A stretch of 64,000 bases of DNA, taken from positions 121,579 through 185,578 of the IMG/VR virus record IMGVR_UViG_3300030330_006525, one strand, 5' to 3'. The number at the start of each line of letters is the position of its first letter. Position 1 is the stretch's first letter. This DNA comes from a virus. Its lineage: Duplodnaviria > Caudoviricetes. Shown here piece after piece: positions 1-10,500 of this stretch. Position numbers and translations under genes: made by a program. Below the pieces are notes generated by a model. That model was given only the letters and a program-made list of their open reading frames with translations, ran no database searches and was not told where the DNA came from.

Positions 1-185
1 TACAAACTAATGTGACCTTGAGGAACATTTCTCTCTAAAACGTCCACGCCATCTACAACCCTAGGTATGTGCTCGTTTCTATTGTTAATGTAATATTTAT
101 TGGCGGCTATGATGACTTCATATTCTGGATGCGTTCTTAGGATATTGACCATAAGATCGTCTTTTCCAAATTTATAAGTAGCCAT
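1..185 (-). CDS. Partial CDS (N-terminus only; runs off the left edge), probable virion structural protein
   Basis: Not in the ORF track. ATG at 185-183, 3 nt after the TAA of the upstream gene, opens a stop-free frame MATYKFGKDDLMVNILRTHPEYEVIIAANKYYINNRNEHIPRVVDGVDVLERNVPQGHISL to the window edge. Confidence 0.75.
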   Translation of the reverse strand, partial: MATYKFGKDDLMVNILRTHPEYEVIIAANKYYINNRNEHIPRVVDGVDVLERNVPQGHISL

Positions 186-188
186 TTT

Positions 189-1394
189 TTAGTAGTCCAA
201 TCTAACTCTCATAGTTAGTTCGTTTGTGGGGTCTTTTCGTAGAGGTTCTGAAACTTTGGCAATTGCTAATAGTTCATTGTCAGAGGAATATAGGCCTACG
301 CTTGTAATATAAGATATAGGCTGGTCTTTTCTTTCGTTTTTGACAACAATCTTACTTGAGTTCAAATATGTTGGATTTGAACTGTAATTGTAATCACCTA
401 ATTGAGCACGACACATATAAATTGTTGAATTTAACTCAACAGTATTATTAAAAGTAATATTCCTTATTCTATTTCTGAGCCCTCTTGCCAAATTTGGTAT
501 TGTAGCTGTATAAATTTCAGTTTTTGTGCCTGATAGCGAACCACCATTTCCAGAAGATGTTAATTCTAATCCAGTTCCTGGAAATTTGGCGGTTTCTAGA
601 AGATTGTCATTAAAAATAGAGGAGGTCAAAACTACAATACCGGGCTGATAGAATATCAAGCCCACTGGCAAACTAAGAGCTTCTGCTGTGTCAGTGCCTG
701 GATTACCGCCTGTTGCTGTGTCGACAATCCCGTGTTGAGCGGCAGTACCGCTGTCGTCTGAGCCCGACATATAGAGAAATCCATATTCACCAACAGTGGC
801 ATTAACTCTAAAACTGTCCGCACCGTTGTAAGTTACAGTCTGTCCTTTTTCTGCGACCGCGACATCTCTTATTACTGCAGAACCTGTAAATGGATTAGTA
901 TAACTTCTAGCAATTCCCAATGTTAGATTAAATGTGCCCTTTTTAATCTCATCTTTGACTAATAGTCTAGAGAAGTTAATGAAGTAACACTCGTTTATTT
1001 TTGTGCCGCCGGCAGCAATATTTCCATCTTGGTCAAACTGGATACCGTAATTTTGTCTCTTTTTGCCACTACCAAGCGAACCAGAGGTCACAAAGCCCAT
1101 AAGCATTTGACTATATAATTGATATATTCTTCCTTTATCATTTTTGCTTATAGTGTGTGGCGCTGAACTTCCTGTAAAGGCACCAAAACTTATATCCATA
1201 ATATGATTTGCAGATGAACTAGCGTGAGGATAATCAAAAATTGATTCGTAAAGATTGTGAGAAAAGGTTTTTACATTTCTGTCACCATATATCGAACCAG
1301 ATAAAATAGAGCCTGTTATTGGAATATATTCATGGAGCCTTGTTCTGGACTTTACAATATCGTTGGTTGTTAGCGTTCTAAAGGTTGTTGCCAT
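189..1394 (-). CDS. Putative virion (baseplate/tail-fibre attachment) protein, paralogue of 1396..2610
   Basis: 401 aa. The C-terminus YITSVGLYSSDNELLAIAKVSEPLRKD resembles the 'ExGLYD.DG.L.A.A' end of phage tail-collar/fibre (DUF3751-like) domains. Lies in the structural operon. Confidence 0.65.
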   Translation of the reverse strand: MATTFRTLTTNDIVKSRTRLHEYIPITGSILSGSIYGDRNVKTFSHNLYESIFDYPHASSSANHIMDISFGAFTGSSAPHTISKNDKGRIYQLYSQMLMGFVTSGSLGSGKKRQNYGIQFDQDGNIAAGGTKINECYFINFSRLLVKDEIKKGTFNLTLGIARSYTNPFTGSAVIRDVAVAEKGQTVTYNGADSFRVNATVGEYGFLYMSGSDDSGTAAQHGIVDTATGGNPGTDTAEALSLPVGLIFYQPGIVVLTSSIFNDNLLETAKFPGTGLELTSSGNGGSLSGTKTEIYTATIPNLARGLRNRIRNITFNNTVELNSTIYMCRAQLGDYNYSSNPTYLNSSKIVVKNERKDQPISYITSVGLYSSDNELLAIAKVSEPLRKDPTNELTMRVRLDY

Positions 1395-1395
1395 C

Positions 1396-2610
1396 TTAGT
1401 AATCTAACCTCACTCTTAGAAACAATTCATTAGTAGGGTCTTTTCTTAAGGGTTCAGAAAGTTTTGCAGTTGCTAAAAGTTCATTATCAGCTGAATATAA
1501 CCCAATTGTTGTGACATAGGACCGAGGAATGTCTGATTTTTGTTCTTTGACTCTTATTTGACTTCCGGATAAATAAGTTGGGTTTGAACTGTAATTAAAT
1601 TCATTGTGATTCATTCTGCAGAAATATACAGTTGAATTTAGTTCTGTTGTATTGTTAAAACTGATACTTTGTATCCTGGACCTAAGAGCAGAGCATGCTT
1701 GGTCAATTGTGCCTCTATCTACCATTCTTGCTGCAGTGGTCTGATGGCTGGGAAATTGTGTAAGATATACACTTGAGTCGGTAATCGCTGGTTCGCCGGC
1801 TGGAGACCCATTTAAAATTCCATCTTTATCCTGCGTAAAATCTGGAGCATTCGGATTACCTTTTTTGGAAAAAATCTTGGTATAATCTAACACAACAATT
1901 CCTGCTTGATAGTATATCAAGCCAACTGTACGGTCAGCCGCAGGAACACTGTTATCAATAGCGCCATCGGTTCCATCTTGAGCTTTAAGAAACCCGTATT
2001 CTCCAGCTGGTGAGTTGGATCTAAAATTATTAGTCGCGCCATCGTCAGTAATTAATATCCTGACATTGAAAGCTGTATTCAACTCTTCCTGAACTCCAAG
2101 AGTTAAGGAAAAACTACCTTTTTTAATTTCATCTTTTACCAATAGGCGAGAAAAACAAATAGCTGCAACATCAGCTATTTTATCTGAATGGTCTACATTG
2201 GCGGTTGCAAAATTTCCATCTCTATCAAATTTTCTAAGATTTCCGTTTTCATCGTATCCAACTAAAATCTGAGATAGTTGGTTATAAACATTTAACTTTT
2301 TCTCAGCTTGAGTATCCACAAGGCTGTTGCCTTCAGTATAAACACCAGCATTGCTCATTGAGCCGGTCTTAAAACCAAAAGTAATGTCAAACAAATGATT
2401 AGCAGATGAACTAAGATGTGGATAATCGTAAACAGATTGAAACATACCATGACTATATGTTTTAATGTGTGGCTCTGCTGAGCCTGTAATTATTGTTTTG
2501 TTCCCATAAGAACCAGATATTAATGAACCTGTTATTGGTATAGCTTCGTGCATCAAGCTTCTGCTGCTTGTTTTGTCGCTATTTGTGAATGTTTTAAAAG
2601 TACTAGCCAT
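1396..2610 (-). CDS. Putative virion (baseplate/tail-fibre attachment) protein, paralogue of 189..1394
   Basis: 404 aa. Shares blocks with the neighbour: IPITGSxxSGS, FSRLLVKDEIKKGxFxLTLG, GEYGFL, VGLIxYQxGIVVL, and the C-terminal SEPLRKDPTNELxxRVRLDY. Confidence 0.65.
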   Translation of the reverse strand: MASTFKTFTNSDKTSSRSLMHEAIPITGSLISGSYGNKTIITGSAEPHIKTYSHGMFQSVYDYPHLSSSANHLFDITFGFKTGSMSNAGVYTEGNSLVDTQAEKKLNVYNQLSQILVGYDENGNLRKFDRDGNFATANVDHSDKIADVAAICFSRLLVKDEIKKGSFSLTLGVQEELNTAFNVRILITDDGATNNFRSNSPAGEYGFLKAQDGTDGAIDNSVPAADRTVGLIYYQAGIVVLDYTKIFSKKGNPNAPDFTQDKDGILNGSPAGEPAITDSSVYLTQFPSHQTTAARMVDRGTIDQACSALRSRIQSISFNNTTELNSTVYFCRMNHNEFNYSSNPTYLSGSQIRVKEQKSDIPRSYVTTIGLYSADNELLATAKLSEPLRKDPTNELFLRVRLDY

Positions 2611-2621
2611 TATTTAAACCT

Positions 2622-3635
2622 TTACGATGGATTCGTGTTTCTTATAAAGCGCACTGGGATATCAATGCTGTATCCAGTTGTCACTCCTGTAACTCTAGCT
2701 ATAGTGTCGATAAAGTCACAATTAGCCACAGTGCCTCCGCCACCTATAAATGAGACGCCACTAGAGCCTAATTTTCCTAACTTGCTATACAAACTTGTTG
2801 ACGTTTTTGCTGCTTCTGAAGCAACTAATCTAAAGCCGAATCTTGTGCCTAAAGGACCTTGATGTACCAATTGACTGGTATCTCTACCTAGCTCAACATC
2901 GACAGAAGTCAATGTTCGTATAGGCGTAACATAATCTGTATCAGATGTTCCAAAAGCATAATGTGCAATATTATCGTCATCTATGAATATCGGCGTTTTG
3001 CGGCCAGTTGCATTTCTGTGAGGGACAATATCATCTAAATTACTTTTTGGTGATAAATTGGGTGCAGCAACTCTTGCGATTCTGTGGTCAACTTTCAATA
3101 TAAATTGTGTTTCTCTTAAATCTGGGTCAATTGGCGCTGTAACATCTTGGTCCTCATTTGCGTCTACTATACCCTGGTCTAAAATAATTGCATTTTTAGG
3201 GTATCCATCGCCGCCATGGCCATACATGACACCATCCTCTTCAGTGGCTGCAACTTTATCGCTATCAAATAGTTTTTTGTTAGCTACAATAACAAAGGTA
3301 TTTTTGTTATCGCCAGAGGCAACAAAGGGAGAGTGCTTGGTATTGATAAGAATCTTTGGTAGATAAAGGATATTTGTTCTACCAATTGTCATTAATTTAG
3401 ATTTCATGACAGACGTATTGTTCGTGAAGGCCTCAAAAACTGGAGTTTGTAAAATTTTTAAATCTTGGTATGCTGAGCCTGAAGTGTGGTTTGCTTCGAA
3501 AAGACCATAATTAATTTCGTCATCTCCTAGAGCAAACTTAACAATTTTAAAGTCGCCTCTAGCCATTCTCATTCGACCTGTATCTGTTAAAACTGCATCG
3601 AGCAAAATGTCGCCCGAGTTATCAAGAAATGCCAT
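2622..3635 (-). CDS. Putative virion structural protein
   Basis: 337 aa. The N-terminal DAVLTDTGRMRMARGDFKIVKFALGDD resembles the 'LT..G...LA.....I...A.GDG' start of tail-fibre/collar proteins. SD-like GAGGT upstream of the ATG. Confidence 0.6.
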   Translation of the reverse strand: MAFLDNSGDILLDAVLTDTGRMRMARGDFKIVKFALGDDEINYGLFEANHTSGSAYQDLKILQTPVFEAFTNNTSVMKSKLMTIGRTNILYLPKILINTKHSPFVASGDNKNTFVIVANKKLFDSDKVAATEEDGVMYGHGGDGYPKNAIILDQGIVDANEDQDVTAPIDPDLRETQFILKVDHRIARVAAPNLSPKSNLDDIVPHRNATGRKTPIFIDDDNIAHYAFGTSDTDYVTPIRTLTSVDVELGRDTSQLVHQGPLGTRFGFRLVASEAAKTSTSLYSKLGKLGSSGVSFIGGGGTVANCDFIDTIARVTGVTTGYSIDIPVRFIRNTNPS

Positions 3636-3678
3636 ATTTTTACCTCTACTTATGTGTTATTAATACTATATCTCATTA

Positions 3679-3686
3679 TAAATAGT
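3679..3686 (-). promoter_or_regulatory. Candidate late-promoter motif ACTATTTA
   Basis: Lies in the largest intergenic gap of the structural region, ~44 nt upstream of the 3635 start. The same 8-mer occurs in gaps at 33639 and 46749. Overlaps an 8-bp inverted repeat (3662-3669/3682-3689). Confidence 0.5.
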
Positions 3687-3728
3687 ATTTTTAATAGTAA
3701 TTTTCTTTTTTATATTTATTATATTCTA

Positions 3729-6700
3729 TCAACCGCTTGAGTAGCCAGTGCCTCCTCCTCCGGGTGAGCCACCACCAGAACTGCCTCCCATTCCTCCACC
3801 TCCAGGCGAGCCGCCTCCAGATGAACCGCCTCCAGATGAGCCGCCGCGGCTGGGGCCAGCAGAAGGTGTTGGATTAGTTATAGCACCTAGTCTATTTTGT
3901 CTAACTGTGTCTGCAAATCTTTGCACATCTTCGCCCATTATAATTTGAGCATTTTCTAAAAAGTTTGCAATGAATTTTTCATATTCTGGGCCGAAAGCAG
4001 TATTCATTCTTGCAAAATCAATATTAGCACTTAAAAGCTGAGTTCTAGCTGCTTCTGCGAGAGTTGCCGGGTCTAAGATTGTCTCATTATTGACACGTAC
4101 ATCTTCTGTAAAAGACAAATTCAAGTCAATTTTCTTTTGCGAATGTTTAGATTTAATTCTTACTTTAAACCTCCTACCTTTAGTAAAAATAGAGCCCTCC
4201 GGACCTGAATTTCTACCAAAAGAGCCCATTTCAGCAACATCGCTCGTTGAGGGGTCATCACCCATTTCAAAAGACCTCTGATTACTGGATGCCCTGATGA
4301 AAAGAAGCCTCTCAAACTTATCGATAAATGTTCTTTGAGCTTTTGGAAAACTGTATGGCCTAACGTCTAAATAACAATAATCTTCATGGTCAATTATTTC
4401 TACCTGATAAACTATTGAAGGATTAGACATATTACCACTTTTATCTATCGCTCTAAATGTATAATAATATTTTATATTTGGAACTACATAATCATAAAAA
4501 TCAGTGGCTGATGCGTTTTCCGATGGAGCTGTGCGAATCATTCTTCCTTTAAAATTTTCATAACTTAGCGGTGCGGCAGTAGTTCTAAAAACTTCGTAAT
4601 TTGTTGGCAAATCATCACTTTCATAAAAAATAGGCTCACCAGCAGGAACACCCTGTATCCTTCTCATATCTTCTATTAACGCACTATCTCGATCTTCTAT
4701 CGCTATTGGGTCCAAACGTCTTTCGCCACTAGTTGCTTGTAGACAAACTTTGAACATATTTTTGTTATCTTTCAGTGGATAAAATTTAACCTCTGGAAAC
4801 ATTGGTGGTCTGTCAATAACAATAATTTCTTTCTCTAGATATGGAATTTCTACAATTTTATAAATTGGCATAGAATTCACAAACAAGCTAACTTGGTTTT
4901 CTTCCAGTCCGTAAGAGTGCATAGCATTTACTTCTTGGAAAAACTCTATACGGTTGCCGCTCGGGCCACGGGTGAGAGATGTTAACATAGAACCATCTTC
5001 TCTGGACAGTACACTGTCATATTTATATTGGGTTCCCACTACAAAGTCATATGCATAAATTCTATAAATATATCTTTGACCGAAGATAATTTGACTATCA
5101 ATAAAATTTATATTTTCAATACCATCACTGTCCATCATATAAAAACTTTGTACAGGGGTGGTTTCTACTCCGCCGTCGTTATCAACTTTATGTTTATCAA
5201 TTCGATAACCAAGAGTTTCAGAATGCGCGAACATCTTACTACCATCTATCAACTCTTTGTAGCTTCTAAATAGTGACCTATATTTTGTATCTATTTTGCC
5301 TTTTAGTGATAATGCTTGTATTAACATTTTGAACTGATTGAAATTACTGATATCTGATTCCATTTTTAAAGGAAAATTCTTAATGTCTATTCCTCGCATC
5401 ATTTCATCAATTAATCTCTGCTTTTCTTCTTTGTTCGAGGCGATTTGGTCTATTAAATCTCTTTGTGTCGATGCCCTGTTGTTAACAGTACGCTCAATAG
5501 TGGCGTTATATGTTTCAAAAGCCTCTCTCAAAGGGTACCGGCGGTCATCGCGACGACCCATAAAGTGTGTGTAACCAGTGCTGGCAGTCGAAAGGTTGGC
5601 CAAAAATCTAGAAATACTGGTGGCGTCGGATAAATTATCAGCATTAGGGTCCTCAACGTTTCTCGAATATTGTTCTTCCGGAAGAGCCTCGAATAATTCT
5701 CTGATGCGTGTCCTAAAAGCGGACTCCAATTGGGCCGCGGCCATGGCTAAATCATTGTTGTCCATTTCTCTAACTTCCTCAACTGTTGCTACCTGACCAC
5801 CGGTATTTCTTATCAGAGATTTTTGAAGAGTTTGTTTATCTTCATAGACGTCACCAAAAAACATGTTTAACCAGTTCATAAAATTAAAAGTTACTATCTT
5901 GTTGCCATCTGTGCCTTCAGAAATTGTTAGTTGTCTTGCTCCGGATGGAAGTTCTCCAGTCTCGTTTGATGTACCTGTAATTACCTCTGCAAATGGCTGA
6001 CCGTTGGTTCTGTCTAAGGTCTCTTGTGAAAGAAACTGTAGAAACATTTTGTCTAATCCTGTTACACTAAGCATTTCTGCCATCGGAGAACCTTGATTTG
6101 TTCCAATATCGAACTCTACATACATTGGAACTTTTACTTTAAATTCATCATTAACTGACTTGAATTGATTTACATCAGAAGCAGTAAATAACATTTTTTC
6201 AAAGAGTCGGTCACCTTCAACTTTCTGCATTTTTTCATAAAAATCATCCTGTTCCTCTCTGGGTAAGTCTTTTACTTTATCTAAAGTGCTTAGTGTATAA
6301 ATTGAAGGTAAGGTCACCTCTCTTTCACCTTGGGAATTTCCATACCTTCTATATTCACTAGTTACAAAATTAGATTCCAATCTAGTAGAAACGGTTAAGT
6401 TCTTCATAGTATTAATTTTTTCAACTTCCGTATCAAAAAACGGCATATCAGTTACAAAGTCAAAATGCTCATAAACCTTATTTGGTGTTACCATATTAAT
6501 GTGATTATTTGGAAATTTAAAAGGATACCTACCGATGCTCTCTCCAAATATATAGCTAGATATATTTGCAAGTGCTTCAGTGATATAAATCCCGCTATAG
6601 GAGCCGACCCTAGCTATGACAGAATCATTAGATTCAACATTAGGATTGAACATATTCACTTCCCTAAAATCAAAAGTAATCCTTTCTTTCAGGCCAGGGT

Positions 6701-7502
6701 CACTAAAAAATGGTCTACCATTTATATTCGACATACTACTCACAAAGTCGTTTGAAACCGATTTAACACTAACTTGAAAGGGGAACTGATCACCGAATGT
6801 TGCGTGTGGGTACTCTAAGACAAGGCCTTCCGCATTACCTATCTCACCTTTGTTGTTTGAGGGCCTATGTTGATAAATCACGGTAGAATCATTTGACCGC
6901 AACCTTGGAGATTTATAATAACCCCCCAAACAATACATTAAAGGGTCAACAGTGTTGTATGCAATAGAGTGATTTCTTTTTGCGGTGTCCATTGCGCCCA
7001 TTGTTAGGCCGGCGCTGGTACTTTGGCCATCAGGCATAGGTCCGTATTCTTCATCAGCCTCAATATCGTGCTTAAATTGATATTCATCTTGATATTTGTG
7101 AGCTTCTTGTGGATATCTTATGGCAAGTCTTTGAATATCGGACGTACTAGATACATTGCGGGTGTTTTCCCGACTAAACTTCTGATTTAAATGTAGCAAA
7201 GCATTGCGTCCATTGATGAAGTGTGTAGATAGCATCATGATTTTTTTTCTAGACACTGCCGAAGTTGGTGCTTTGATTGTTTTGTCTTCTGTCAAAAAGT
7301 TACTTGTGGGCTCTATTGGGCGTAAGTCTTCGGCTGGACCTTCTTCGTCTTCTGCATTTTGCTCTAGAGTATTATTAGAACCGACGTCGGCGGGGTTGAC
7401 CGGTTCACCATCATCGCCTTCGGTTTCATCGGCCCCGTCGTCGTCGCCGTCCGGATTTATTGTAGGGTCGACTATTTCATCTTCAAAACACTTATCTACC
7501 AT
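3729..7502 (-). CDS. Large hypothetical virion protein with FN3-like beta-sandwich segments and a Gly/Ser tail
   Basis: 1257 aa. Acidic N-terminus. FN3-like motifs (YEVFRT...FYDYVVPNIKYYYTFRAIDKSGNMSNPS; FIDSQIIFGQRYIYRIYAY). C-terminal GGSSGGG repeats. SD-like GAGGT. Confidence 0.55.
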   Translation of the reverse strand: MVDKCFEDEIVDPTINPDGDDDGADETEGDDGEPVNPADVGSNNTLEQNAEDEEGPAEDLRPIEPTSNFLTEDKTIKAPTSAVSRKKIMMLSTHFINGRNALLHLNQKFSRENTRNVSSTSDIQRLAIRYPQEAHKYQDEYQFKHDIEADEEYGPMPDGQSTSAGLTMGAMDTAKRNHSIAYNTVDPLMYCLGGYYKSPRLRSNDSTVIYQHRPSNNKGEIGNAEGLVLEYPHATFGDQFPFQVSVKSVSNDFVSSMSNINGRPFFSDPGLKERITFDFREVNMFNPNVESNDSVIARVGSYSGIYITEALANISSYIFGESIGRYPFKFPNNHINMVTPNKVYEHFDFVTDMPFFDTEVEKINTMKNLTVSTRLESNFVTSEYRRYGNSQGEREVTLPSIYTLSTLDKVKDLPREEQDDFYEKMQKVEGDRLFEKMLFTASDVNQFKSVNDEFKVKVPMYVEFDIGTNQGSPMAEMLSVTGLDKMFLQFLSQETLDRTNGQPFAEVITGTSNETGELPSGARQLTISEGTDGNKIVTFNFMNWLNMFFGDVYEDKQTLQKSLIRNTGGQVATVEEVREMDNNDLAMAAAQLESAFRTRIRELFEALPEEQYSRNVEDPNADNLSDATSISRFLANLSTASTGYTHFMGRRDDRRYPLREAFETYNATIERTVNNRASTQRDLIDQIASNKEEKQRLIDEMMRGIDIKNFPLKMESDISNFNQFKMLIQALSLKGKIDTKYRSLFRSYKELIDGSKMFAHSETLGYRIDKHKVDNDGGVETTPVQSFYMMDSDGIENINFIDSQIIFGQRYIYRIYAYDFVVGTQYKYDSVLSREDGSMLTSLTRGPSGNRIEFFQEVNAMHSYGLEENQVSLFVNSMPIYKIVEIPYLEKEIIVIDRPPMFPEVKFYPLKDNKNMFKVCLQATSGERRLDPIAIEDRDSALIEDMRRIQGVPAGEPIFYESDDLPTNYEVFRTTAAPLSYENFKGRMIRTAPSENASATDFYDYVVPNIKYYYTFRAIDKSGNMSNPSIVYQVEIIDHEDYCYLDVRPYSFPKAQRTFIDKFERLLFIRASSNQRSFEMGDDPSTSDVAEMGSFGRNSGPEGSIFTKGRRFKVRIKSKHSQKKIDLNLSFTEDVRVNNETILDPATLAEAARTQLLSANIDFARMNTAFGPEYEKFIANFLENAQIIMGEDVQRFADTVRQNRLGAITNPTPSAGPSRGGSSGGGSSGGGSPGGGGMGGSSGGGSPGGGGTGYSSG
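3740..3848 (-). repeat. Low-complexity Gly/Ser repeat (GGSSG/GGSPG units)
   Basis: Near-tandem ccgcctccagatga units on the + strand; encodes RGGSSGGGSSGGGSPGGGGMGGSSGGGSPGGGGTGY. Confidence 0.85.
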
Positions 7503-7504
7503 TT

Positions 7505-10500
7505 TTAGTTACCACCTCTCATCAAAACATATTTTGTAGCAACTGGAGCTTTTGACAATTTAGAATAACCTATCTGCATATCTTCATTTTCATATTGCTC
7601 CAAAGACAATAAAACAAACTCATTCTCTGACAAGCCTAGATTAGTTATCTGTGAAGGAAGCATAGGAATAAAATCTTGCATATCCGGATTTTCATCTGTC
7701 TCTTTAATATTGTCGCCTGTATTAACGTTATTTAATATGTTAATTATTTTAAACGTATCAAAAACTACTCTCGTTTTTGGCTGTTTTGTTGAATACGGGT
7801 GACGAGGAGTTAATGTAAACTGCTTTATTTGAGCTGGAAACTTTTCTACTACAGGCTGGGTGACCCCGGGATAGCCAACATCTATTCGCAAATCACCATA
7901 AAATCTATCATGGTCGGTATTTAACATAGATTCAAACAAATTAGAAAATTTTTCTATTAGTTCTATGCCGACCTTCGAGCCAGCCGCTCTCACTCCTAAC
8001 TCAGACGTAAATTTATTTTTCATTTCCTCTATAAAAAACGTTTTTTGTTCAGATAAATTTGCTAATTTTGATAACTCATTTATAAAATTATTTGAATCAT
8101 CACCTCTTAAAACATCACTCAAAAGTGCTGTTGGCATAGGCATATGGTCAGCATATAAAGATATGCCTAATTCGTTTGCAAATTCTCTCATTGATTCAGT
8201 ATACATTTTTTCAAATTGTCTCAGAGATTTTTTAATATTTGTGCGTGCAAAATTATCTTTTAAAGTACTAACATCAATTTTTTTCTGAACAGGTATCGGC
8301 GTTTGAAAATTGATTTCAGACAAGCCAGACTGATAAAGTGATGATGCAATATTTTTCAAATCTTCGTCGCTTAAACCAATTCTAGGATTTTGAATAGCTC
8401 TAACATTTATTGGATTTTGCTGTTCTCTGTGAAATATAAAACCTTCAGGCTTGTCTTGAGGAAAAATTAATGATGAGTTAAAGAACATAGGTTCTAAAAC
8501 TACTTCGTTTTTCATGGCCTTCTCGTACTGGCCTGTCACAAACCTGTCAGCTGATATATCAATTCTTTCGCTTAAATCATTAGAAGTTACAACTGGGATA
8601 CCATACTCACTACCGGGGTCTTCGAAAATATCTCCAAAATAAGCTAAATTAAAATAAGACCTAGTGTTGTCTGGAGTAATGTATTCCGGAAAAAAATTAG
8701 TTATTGTGAATTGCCTTGAAGGGCCAGTGTCATTTCCTGTGCTTGTTGCTGAATTTTCAGTATACCTATGACTTGGTATATTATCAATATCCAACAACAA
8801 ACCATAATTCGTTTTTAAGTGATTTAAAAACCTTAAAAATGTCAATTGATTATCAGGACTTGCGCTAGAATTAAAAGGACTAAGCAAGCTTCTGATTCTG
8901 GCCCGGTCGAGTAGAGTTACTTTTCCACTAGTATCAAATTCTGCTTGTGCGTCATAGTCTTCCCCCTCTTCAGCGATGGCTGCAGAGTTTGTATTATATA
9001 ATATACTCAAAATTTTGTTTACTCTACTTACAATGTTGTGCAGCGCTGTCTTTACTAATCTTTTTGCGTCTCGCGCTGCAGCGATTGTGGTCATTTCAAG
9101 CCTGATAATATTATTATCGCGATAATTATCTACAAAACTTTGCCAAACAGAGCTTGTTCTATCATATTTTCTTTCGTAAGAATCGTATGATTGATAGCTC
9201 GTTTCATATAAGGTTTCGAGATAATTAATATCTATTAGTAATTGCTTGTATTTATTTAAGTAAAATTCTTGTGTATTGTCGATAAAACCAATCTCAACAT
9301 AATATTGATAAGTTGCACCACCGGACCTATCAACACTAAAATCAGTGCCAGTAAAAGATTTTATAAACTCATTTCTTACATTGTTTTGAGAGGTTCTTAA
9401 ATTTATCTCTCTTAATGTGCCCTGTCTTACTACAGAACCTCTACTTTCTGTATCGTCGCGGGTATCTGAATTATTTGATATTTGAGACGTAAAACTTGCA
9501 ATAGTAGAGCCTTCAATTTGTGAAATTTCAGCTACAAGATATGGAGGCTCTTCTTCATCTAATCCCTCATGGTCTGCATACCCAAAACTGTTGGTACCTG
9601 CTTTTCTAGTCTTAACTTTTCTTCGAAATACCTTAATTGATGGAGCCACCATCTTTCTAACCGCATCCATAGCATTTATAGTGTCGCCTGTTTTAGATGC
9701 AACATCCAAATATCTATTTACTTTGGCAAAGCGACTATTTCTCATATATATATCAAAAAAGTCAATCATAAAAAGATAGTTAACATATCCTTCAGATGTT
9801 TGATCTAAAATCATTTTTCCATAAACAACTGAATTTCCTTGTGAAAACTTTTGCATCTCAACATTTTTGTAATAATTTATGAATCTACTTTGAGCTGATT
9901 TGGGATTCTCACCTGAAAAATTTGGTAATGTAAAATTTGCTACTTCATCTGTTCCTGAAATCAGCGAATAGTCATTGCGTTCATCTTCTACTATTTCCTC
10001 TCCATCAGCTCCTAGTCCTAACTGACTCCAATCTTTAGAAATCACTCCTCGCATATCTTGAACTTTAACGTTCCTTACTATTCTTCTTGTAAGCTTAATA
10101 TCTAGAGGATTCTGTGCAGTTCCAGCTTGAAATCCAATGTAACCACCTTCGTTTTCCAAAGTTCTTTCGTGATAATTTCCAGTCCATATTTTTCTCACAA
10201 GTTCACCGGTTCCAGGGTCTGCTTCAAAATATTCCATTATATTGCCAACATCATTAGCGCTACCATTTTTCAAGATTAAATCATATGTTAAAACAGAGCC
10301 AATCTTATCTGCAATACCTATATCAAAATTATTTATATTTTCATCTTCAACTAATTGTTGAAAATCGAAAATGGAAAAAATATAACATGACATAAATTTA
10401 CTTTCTGCAAAATTGCTGTAAAACGGGTCTGATTTGCTTATTGTAAATGTTTTAACTGCTGGAATTTGTATTATTGCTTTCCCTTCGCTATCAACAGTTT

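Noticed and set aside
3748-3948. Pro-rich plus-strand ORF (MPPPPGEPPP...)
   Set aside because: It is the antisense reading of the Gly-rich tail of the 1257-aa gene.
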